This document shows positions 53,991 through 64,000 of a stretch of DNA of 64,000 nucleotides, one piece after another. The stretch spans positions 21,452,001 through 21,516,000 of the forward strand of contig NC_043008.1 in assembly GCF_006345805.1 (NCBI RefSeq), written 5' to 3'. The stretch's first letter is position 1. The number at the start of each line of letters is the position of its first letter. Both the position numbers and the translations under genes were made by a program. The notes under the pieces were generated by a model. It searched no databases and was not told the DNA's origin. It saw only the letters and a list, made by a program, of their open reading frames with translations. Source of the stretch: Octopus sinensis (taxonomy: Eukaryota).

Positions 53991-54280
53991 TTTTACAGAC
54001 TGACAGTGATCACAGCACTGGGTTGCACTCGACTGAAACCATATTACACATATACCTATAAATACCTGCATATATTTAATCGTTATAAACGTCGACATAA
54101 TTATATACACACACATATACATACACACAATAAATGTTTTTTACAGACTGACAGTGATCACAGCACTGGGTTGCACTCGACTGAAACCATATTATACATA
54201 TACCTATAAATACCTGCATATATTTAATCGTTATAAACGTCGACACAATTATATACACACACATATACATACACACATAC
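53991..54280 (+). repeat. 148-bp tandem duplication
   Basis: TTTTACAGACTGACAGTGATCACAGCACTGGG... at 53991 and 54139, near identical. Confidence 0.95.
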
Positions 54281-54865
54281 CACATACATACCCACGCAAA
54301 CTCACATTTTAGTTTTCACTTCAATAAATCATTTCTGATGCATTAAAAAAATTATGGTTGACAGAACAAGAGCAAAAGAAAGTGTTCCTAGCAAGCTAAT
54401 TAATCGATTTTCAAAGTGTTAATTAAGTCAATGAATTAATCAATTTTTATTTTAAGCATAATCTTCAATCTGATAATGGACCTGGACGAATCTTCATTCA
54501 TAAAACGCTATTAGGTTATATTAAAAGAGCAAAAGTTAACAGAAATTCTTCGTCTTTGCAAAGTAAGGCAGCTGTAGAAGAGGACGAAATGACTTAGTTA
54601 AATTCCACTTTCTACGATATAATTAGCAACTAAATTATTGATTTTTTGACATCATGGCATTATGTTGTCAGGAAGTGCTGTGGAGTGTTAGAGGAAGAAT
54701 TAGTGGAGTGGGGGTGGGGGAAGGCCAATAGTACGGCTAAATGATTTAGGTGGGTTCTTCGTAAGTTTTCTTGTCTTGAGTGACATCACTGTAAATAGAA
54801 AGCTAGAAGTCAAAAACTGGTTCGAGTTGTTGAAGACGGAAATAACTACTACTACTACTACTACG

Positions 54866-54903
<38 letters not shown>

Positions 54904-54980
54904 ACTACTACTACTACTACTACTAATAATAATAATAATAACAATAGTAATAATAATAATAATAATAATAACAATAATAA

Positions 54981-55568
54981 ACCATTTCCAGTGCTTGAAA
55001 ATGATCATATCTAATTCCTCTGGAACTTCACCGTTCAAACTGACAAATAGGCCAGACATTATATTGAATGTTCAAATAGGCCAGGTATTATATTGAAAGA
55101 CTTCAAACGAAAATCATGCTGCCTCATTGATATGGCTGTACCAATCGACATAAATGTATCTGTCAAAACCTACCAAAAGACTGAGCATGTATAAAGATCT
55201 TGAAATAGAGATTGGCAAAATATGGAAGTTCATGGCTAAAACAATACCTGTTGTTATAAATACTCTAGGAATGATAGAAAATGGGGCTAATTCCTACCTA
55301 GCTCAAATACCAGGAAACCCCAAACTGGCAGACATTCAAAAGATTGTGTTCATGGGAACTGCCCAGATCCTACGTATTATACTGTCTATGTAATCTCAAA
55401 TTTTAAAGCAAACTTATAATTTTCTAATGTTTTCTTAAACATTCTCTAGAACAATACTATGTGCAAAACCAAATATATGACACCTTATGCATAACACCAA
55501 CTTGAACTTCTAACTTGTTGTCTCTTGAGGTCCTTCGGTGAGACTTGGAGTCAACTCGTACAAATACA
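54981..55568 (+). mobile_element. R4/Dong-like 3' fragment, subfamily C, preceded by (TAC)n/(TAA)n
   Basis: LWNFTVQTD; NRPDII; LIDMAVPID; MYKDLEIEIGKIW; QIPGNPKLADIQKIVFMGTAQILRIILSM*. Confidence 0.88.
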
Positions 55569-57009
55569 TAGCTGCGAAGAAATTTCTACAGAACTCAAAT
55601 GATTCTCCAGTTGGATTTTGTTTGCCACGTATTAAAATGTAAGTGCAGGACGGTACAACCTGGAGCGGAATGACACGATTTGGAGCAGCTGATTAGTTGC
55701 AGATGATTTGGCTGAGCTGACAAGACATTTAGCCTGCTTTGGAGACGGTAACTTAGGTACCGAAGACAATTACACAACACATGCACACATACACACACAA
55801 AAAAATATAAGCAGATTGAAGGAATGAGAGAGTGAGCAAGGGGACACGATTGATATAAACATTTACCCTATCGTCATATATATAAAGAAAAATATACTCA
55901 CACACACAAATATATAGAAAGAGAGAGAGAGGGGAGGAGGGGGACAGGGAGAAGACGAGAGAAAAATTAATACGTCTGATGTCAAGAAAGTCAGCGTCCA
56001 ATCAGAGTCGCCAGATAAGCTGTGTCATAACTGTTGCTGTGCCAGAACGTATCAAACACACTCTGGAAGCAGCAATGTCAATATGACCTCAGGCTTTTCA
56101 TTGACGACCGTCAAATCTTCTCTCAACGGCATGTTGCCAATGACTTAAAATGAAACTAGCCATGACATTGAAGCATGTTTTACATATTAGATTATCTTGT
56201 TCATGAACTCGCTTGATGTAGCAAAAATATTATCAACATGTAGATTGAAGCTTCTGTCAGAAAGAATGAAAACCCTTGATTTATGCAAGAATGAAGCCGT
56301 TAAATATATTGACGATAATATGGAAGATAAATCTAGTGGAAGTTGTACATTCTATCACATACACACGGCTATGAATGCGATAAAACTGTTTCATTTTGGT
56401 AAAGTAGTTCTAGAAATTCAGGATGGAACCATTTAGTGAGAATCATGTAAAAGGAATCTCATACGCAGCGGATAAGATGTGATACAATATTATTTAGAAT
56501 AAGTAAAGAATAAGCGAAAGCAGAAGATGCAGAGTGTTATAGAACCATGAAGATATTTCAATGGCGAAGGGAGATATTAAAGAAGAGTACTGTTAGATTA
56601 AACTAGAAGCAAGGTATAAAATCCTTTGTATGGAAGAAGAGATATTTGTTGATGGCGATGTTAGAATCTATGGAAAAAATCCAATGATTCGACGAAAGGA
56701 ATTTGGCATAAAGTGAAAATAAAATGTGATACGATATATTGTGATAAAGAGACTAGGACTTATGCAGTAAGGTTAAAGGGGTGACAAATGTAGGTGATTA
56801 GACGAAAATACTCGGATAGTTCAGCTTTAACAAAAATACTTGATAATGTACAAAGACAAATGAGATAAGAATAAAGGAAATACACTAGAGAAAAATATAC
56901 TCATTTGTGATTTTAAATAAAAAGCATTGTATCAATACTTCACCGACAGGAAGGCCAGATTAACGCCAGATAATAAGCAAACTTATTATTATAATAATCG
57001 GTAGCTACT

Positions 57010-57170
57010 ACACACATTTTTTTCTCCTTGTTTTTTCTGTGTCCCTTTCTGTGGAAGAGCGTAGGCTCGAAACGTAAAAGACTTTTTCAATTCCTGAGCG
57101 TTATACTAATACATCTGTTTGTTTTGTACACCACCTGTCTACGTCTTTTATTTTTTTCGTGAAATCTCCC
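57010..57170 (+). mobile_element. Penelope-like fragment with minimal hammerhead-like motif (copy 2; core CUGUGGA)
   Basis: CTTTCTGTGGAAGAGCGTAGGCTCGAAACGTAAAAGAC at 57045-57082. Confidence 0.65.
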
Positions 57171-57206
57171 TACACACACACAACACACACACACACACAC
57201 ACACAC

Positions 57207-57247
<41 letters not shown>

Positions 57248-59605
57248 AAGAAGCAGAACCTATGGAAACTGGGCTTGGTCTGGTTGCATCGATTAAGTCA
57301 GCGTCAAATCGATGACGCCAGATAATCTGAGCCATAATGGCTGCTTTACTAAAACATCCCTCTCACACACTCTGCAAGTAACACTGTGAAAATGACCCCC
57401 AGGCTATTCATTGACGAGCGTCAAGTTTTCTCTCAACTCCAGTGAAGTTATTCAAAGAATGAATAAATTGTTGTCATTGGTAGAAGAGAAATCTGATGTT
57501 TTGTGATTGTCCATTAAAAAAAAAGCATAAACATTTCAACCGTGGGGTTAGTTAATGCTAAACCTATAAAGAGACAGGGTCAGAATGATGAGAGACAATG
57601 TAAAAGAGGACAGGGACAATTGCTATAATATGTCTAAATGGGAAATTTTCAAATAAATCATTAAGCGAACTGATAAAATGCTATGAATGAAAGCACGAGG
57701 AATCAAAGCCTGAAAGCTAAGTGACGTATTTGCTGTTAAATTATGTATGTATATGTTTGGGGTGGGGGTCGTACTGTATTTAATCCATCTCGAAATGACG
57801 AAATTTAAAATGAATACCGAAGAATGTAAAGAAAAGCTGTTACCGGAGGTTACTAAAATCCTCTGTGATCTATAAATTTTATCGTACGGATTCTGCTATT
57901 TACCAATTTTAAATAGTGTTAATAGTAATGCATTGCTGTTCCATATTATGATAAAGCGATGCTAAAACGAAACTGTGTATAGCTTTATAACTCAACAGTC
58001 TGGAAATAGAGTCTGATGAATCGCAACACTGACTGAGAAGAGCAAAACTAAAAAAGGAACGGGAAGGGGTTTCGATTGCCTGGCAACACCAAAGCCTTAC
58101 TACTAATGAGCAAACACAAAAAGCATATAATGAAGCGGATTACACTGAATATTAGGGAAAGTTTGGAATAAAAACATATCGCGTAAAGGGTCCCTGACTG
58201 CTCTGTCCTATTTAAAGAAAGCGTATAATTGCAAACATGGTTGATTTACTGATGCCAGCATTATGAGACCCACAAAATAGAAGAAAAAATCTCAGACCGG
58301 AAAAAAACCATACATCTTTTGTCGCTGCTCGTCAATAGAGGCTCCAAACTTTTCTGACATTGATGGTCGCTTTTCCCCGAGGAATCCGATGACTGACACG
58401 TTGAATACCTTAAAACTTCATCCTTTCATATCCATTCCACACTAGCTTATAGAATCAGAGTTAAAATGCCAACACAATGGTTTCAACTTGAAATTTAAGA
58501 TTAGATTCTCATTCAACATAAATGCAGATATGAACTACAAGACATAAAATCCCATACACTGCATTACTTTCCACAAATTATATTAGTGAAACTAATAATT
58601 GCCTTTGCCAACGTGCAAGAATCCATAGACAACAAATCTGACAAGAAGAAGTACGGAAAATTCCACTGAGCAAACATTTGGAAATATGCGGGGAAGGAAA
58701 ATTCAAGATCTCCCCCTTCTATAAATGCACAAGGAACGACTCAAACGGTTGAAAAAAAAGAAAGAGCAGCAAAAATTTTGAAATGTGTGGAGATGGAAAA
58801 TTCAAGGAATTACCCAAAGATCCGAAAGACAACGGAACTATATTTCATGAAAAAATCCTCAACAAAAATTAAAAGGTTGAAAATATCTACATCAGTAAAA
58901 CTATACTTACTTAAAACTCACTCTTTCAAAAACAACTCCATAAACGTATAAATCAAAAGCACCATCTGGAATTTTAATCAAAAACATTTGACCACATCCA
59001 TACAACTATTCCCCCCCCTTACATTGATGAATAGAAAAGAATTAAAAAAAAAAAGGTCCTGAAATATTATTATACTTTTTAGTGGAGAAAATAAAAGAAA
59101 ACATCTTGTTTTCCCATTTAAAATGTTTGACCACTTGAATACAAAAATTCCTTTTCCACCCCCCACCCTCGCCCAAAATGTCACTAAGTGGAAAAAACAA
59201 CAATCAAACCAGTCTGACCACACAGATACAAAAGCCACGCCTCCTTTATCTCTCCCTCCTTCTCAAAAATTTTCTTCTTTCTTTTCCGTTCCTTCACAAG
59301 CCCCCAAAACACACTCCTAACTTCTTTTCTCTTCTTTGTCTTCACTCTCCCACTCTCGCCTCCTCCTTCACCCATGCACCTTCCTTTCTAATTTGCTCCT
59401 TCCCTTCTCTCTCGCCCTTTCTAAAACATCATCAGTTTAAATTTTGTATAAAAGGGCGAAGCAAACTGATTATAAACTAATTTTTCGATAAATCCGATAA
59501 CGGAAGAAAGCGCTGAATCGCTAAGTTACAGGGACGTAAACACAGAAAGACCAGTTGTCAATTGGAGCGGTGGATTTAACAAACACAAAAACACACGTGC
59601 ATAGA

Positions 59606-59937
<332 letters not shown>

Positions 59938-59940
<3 letters not shown>

Positions 59941-60180
59941 TCTGAAAGGCGTTTCCATGGCTGAGGAGATGAGAGCACAGCTGTGGTTGGACAGGCGGGA
60001 CAGGAGGAGGACAACTGCAGCAACACCCCACACGTACCCATCGATGTTCGTGTGCAGCAACTGTACCAAGGACTGCCACTCTAGAATTGGACTGTTCAGT
60101 CACAGCAGACGCTGCACATCATCAAAGTAGGCCCCACCCTTGGCGCAACCCATTGTCTATCAAGACAGACGGGGATAAAG
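59938..60180 (+). mobile_element. 3' end of RTE (BovB-like) LINE: C-terminal zinc finger plus short 3' UTR
   Basis: KGVSMAEE...FVCSNCTKDCHSRIGLFSHSRRCTSSK* (C-x2-C...SRIGL.SH motif). Confidence 0.85.
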
Positions 60181-60186
60181 AGATAA

Positions 60187-60224
<38 letters not shown>

Positions 60225-60392
60225 TATATACGACGGGTTTCTTTCAGTTTCCGTTTACCAAATCTAATCACAAGGCTTTGACCGGCCCGGGGCTATAGTA
60301 GAAGACACTTGCCCAAGGTGCCATGCAGTGGGACTAAACCCGGAACCATGTGGTTCGTAAGCAAGCTACTTACCACACAGCCATTCGTACGC
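60225..60392 (-). mobile_element. 5' half of family K SINE
   Basis: AGGCGTACGAATGGCTGTGTGGTAAGTAGCTTGC on the minus strand. Confidence 0.85.
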
Positions 60393-60564
60393 CTATATAT
60401 ATAATATATATATTATATATACTTACATACATATTTAGATATATGTACATAAATATATTTATATCTGTATCTATATTATTATCTCTCCTCTCTCTCTCTG
60501 TATATATATATACATATAGTATATATATATATCTATATATATATATATATATATATATAAATAC

Positions 60565-60602
<38 letters not shown>

Positions 60603-63294
60603 ATATATAGTTATATATCTATTATCTATATCTATATATATACATTATATATATATATATATATATATATCTCTTATATATATATATATATATATATACA
60701 GAGAAGAGAGAGAGAGAGAGAGAAGAAGAGAGAGATACAATAACGTCACGCTAATGAAGCGCCTGAGTAGTGGCGGTCACAGACTTCACGCGTTAATTTA
60801 TTCTGCAATACGAAACGGCGCTCTATTTTAGTCGTTCGAGCGCCAAAGGCCTATAACATCTTGGGAATAGTGTATGTAGCTATTTCATAGAAATACGCAT
60901 CTATATTTTGGCAAATGTATTAGAGAATTTGCATAATTGAATATCGATGAATCGGAAATCCATACGTTACTTTCGGAATTGATTTCACCTCTATGCGGAA
61001 ACTTTTGTTTTTCATTGCGTTTCTGCTTTTCAGTTTTCTCCATGCTTCATATTAATTTTATTTTATTCAAAGCATTAATGCGTCCAGAAAATCCTGTTTT
61101 TATTTAGAATTTCAGCTTTGAAAACCGAGAAGCATTGCAGAGTAACATTATAACAATGTTCAATGCTTAGAGTGATAATATATTCAGGCTGACAATCGAA
61201 GGTTCATGGGTTCGATTTGCATTAAGGCTGAGTCTTTGTTATTGCAATTGGATCCTGTACTTAACTTCATTCTTTAGACTGTGGCCGTTCTGGAGCACCA
61301 GTCTGACGAGTTGCAACTTAAGCAAATCGACGCTAATACTTAAGTAAGGCAACATATGGGCCAACACTGTCTGAAACATAAACTTATGTATAAATGTAGA
61401 TCTATGCGCATATATGTGCGTGCGTGAGAGAGTATGCGTGTGTGTGTGTATATGTGTGTGCGTGTGTATACATATACATATAATGTACTCCACAAAATGG
61501 GTCTCAGATTCTTTAGGTGTGAGACTTTGCCAAATTGTGACTCTAAATCCACCAAACAGAAACTGTAAAAACCAATACTAATGTCTATGTTCTTCAACCT
61601 ATCTACCTATCCATTTAATTGCTCTCACTGTCAGTTTCACTTCACTCCAACATACATTTATATGAAAGTCTTTTGTAATGCAACGAACGTATGTGTGAAT
61701 ACAAACGAGGCTGGTTGCAAGGACCTACAGAAAGTGAGAAAAGAAGAGGAAAGGAGAGCTAGTTAAATCCATTTGCACGCAAACAGCTCTAATGACGTAG
61801 TAAGTTATTCACATGTATAGCTTAGTGCTTTGCATTATCTCAGTAAAGGTCCAAGTGTTCTGAATTCAATTACTTTGGAAATTGATTTCGATTTCGTTTT
61901 CCATCTAACCGTTGTCGATAAAAATAATTGCCAATATCATATTGATGTCCCAAATCTAAATAAAATAGTATACAATGTATAAATAGTATAAAACGCACAA
62001 AATGCACACACACACACACACTCGCATACAAATCTCAGACAAACATACATATACACACACGTATGCACATACATATACACGAGACACATCTCTAACTTTA
62101 GATAAAGTGAATGTGTGTGTATCTCATACTTCCGGCGTCTTCCTTAGCATTTCCCATCAAATCTCTCCACTGAGAAGTACATTATTCTTGAATTTCTTAT
62201 ACAACAATGCTTTTAAGAAACGATTTTTCAAAAGTTCGAGTCTGAATATCAATATCACGTACTTTATCAAACAATCGATAAATCGCCAGCAAAGAAGAAT
62301 GTAGAAAGAATGTATCTACTTGTCTACTGTTGCATTAAGTTTAAATTTTGACACATATTCTCAAATCGTACGGAAGTTTGCAGACATTGTAATAAATTCT
62401 ACTATATAATTGATAGTCTTTTATCGATCCCTAGCGTTGAATTGTAAATGCTGTACATAAATACGATTCAGGATATACAGTAAAGCATTCGACTTGGAAC
62501 TTTATAGATTCTGTTATTGACTGCGTAACTGGAATTAACTAATTGCCAGTTGTTACAAATGAATCTATCTAAGGCAGCTAGCTTGCAGGATGGTTAGCGC
62601 ATCGGACAAAAGGCTCACTGTTTCTTAACGTTCTGAGTTCAAATTCCACCAAGGTCAGCTTTGTCTTTCATCCTTTCGGAGTCAATAAAATAAGCACCAG
62701 TTTAGCATTTGTGAGGAATGAGAAGTGGAAGGTGTAATTGGCTAACTCTTTCCCACTGGAGATTTTTTACTCGGGTTAACCTTCCAACTGAATTATTTTA
62801 ACTAAAAGCACAATTCGAACCCACGATATTGCGATCGTGAGTCTAACCTCTCTTACGAACTAGTCCACACAATTTCTTATTACTATTATCATTGCATCTA
62901 TCCTCATTTGTTACTGATCCGCAATAGCACGGTATATTCATTATGAATCATGTTATGTTTATCACTGATTGATCTATGACTAAACGGGTTGGTTAAACAT
63001 TCTGCTTCGGCCGCTATCGACCAATCTGCTCTCACTGCAAAAACGCAGAGACCGTGCAATATGCTCAGGACAACTTGTAGCCTCCGAATGAAACTTAGTT
63101 TTCTCATACGTTCCGTTATTCATTTAATACTGATTCATTCAACAGTTTCTTTTAATTTTTTGAACTAAGTACCCATGATAAGGAGGAAATATGTAATATT
63201 TCATCTGAGAGACTCTTTAACGACATTGGCAAAACCTGCTCTTACCCTGAAGGAATTAAAAATAGGACATTATATAATATATTCCTAATTTTTT

Positions 63295-63718
63295 TTTACT
63301 TATTTCAGTCATTTTACTGTTGCCATGCTGGAGCACCGCCTTTAGTCGAGCAAATCGACCCCAGGACTTATTCTTTGTAAGCCTAGTACTTATTATATCG
63401 GGCTCTTTTGCCGAACCACTAAGTTACGGGGACGTAAACACCAGCATCGGTTGTCAAGCGATGCTAGGGGGGACGAACACCGACACACAAACACATACAT
63501 ACATACACACACATATACACACACACACGCACACACATATATACATATATATACGACGGGCTTCTTTCAGTTTCCGGCTACCAAATCCACTCACAAGGCT
63601 TTGGTCGGCTCGAGGCTTTAGCAGAAGACACTTGCCCAAGTTGCCACACAGTGGGATTGAACCGAGAACCATGCAGTTGGTAAGCAAGCTACTTACCACA
63701 CAGCCACTCCTACGCCTA
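63295..63718 (-). mobile_element. Family K SINE, full length
   Basis: Complete head, CORE, microsatellite and tail order. Confidence 0.92.
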
Positions 63719-64000
63719 ACGATTTTACAATGATCAGTGACCAGAGTGTGAATATTTAAAAGAAATTGAGTTTCCTCAACCTTAGTCAGGCTACGATTCT
63801 ATAACTGGTGTGCAGTTATTAACATATTGAAGTCCGTATGTTAGTGCTGTATACTGATTCTGTAAAAGAGAAGTTTTGAACAAATCAGTTTTGCGTCCAA
63901 TCAAAATATTGTAATAGGTTTTGATAAATGTTATGAAAGAACAATTACAAGTATATGAAAGCATTTATGTATATTCTTATACAAATGTACACAAACATAC

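Overview
AT-rich, microsatellite-dense eukaryotic DNA, almost certainly from an octopod (Octopus-type tRNA-SINE families, (TA)n/(TATC)n/(TAA)n tracts; the taxon call is from recall of these SINE sequences, not a search). I can support no intact protein-coding gene. Most ORF-track entries are microsatellite or SINE read-throughs, so the window looks intronic or intergenic, with one possible promoter/UTR-like island at about 36-38.6 kb. The window is a fossil bed of transposable elements: three tRNA-SINE families (many with exact TSDs, some in tandem or fold-back arrays); a Buster/Charlie hAT relic with four nested insertions; mariner, rosa/maT-like and Chapaev3-like DDE relics; RTE LINE fragments; R4/Dong-like REL-endonuclease 3' ends stacked inside (TAA)n; a Helitron-type element; and several near-perfect palindromic MITEs. 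The most interesting signal is a set of hammerhead-ribozyme-like folds from unrelated Penelope/retrozyme-like repeats. These are a canonical type I hammerhead whose predicted cleavage site lies 5 nt from the start of a 524-nt repeat unit (7070-7753), a minimal fold with a compensatory G3-C8 core swap (28170-28223), and a two-copy family sharing a CUGUNGA core (8000, 57041). A 100-N gap lies at 50091-50190.
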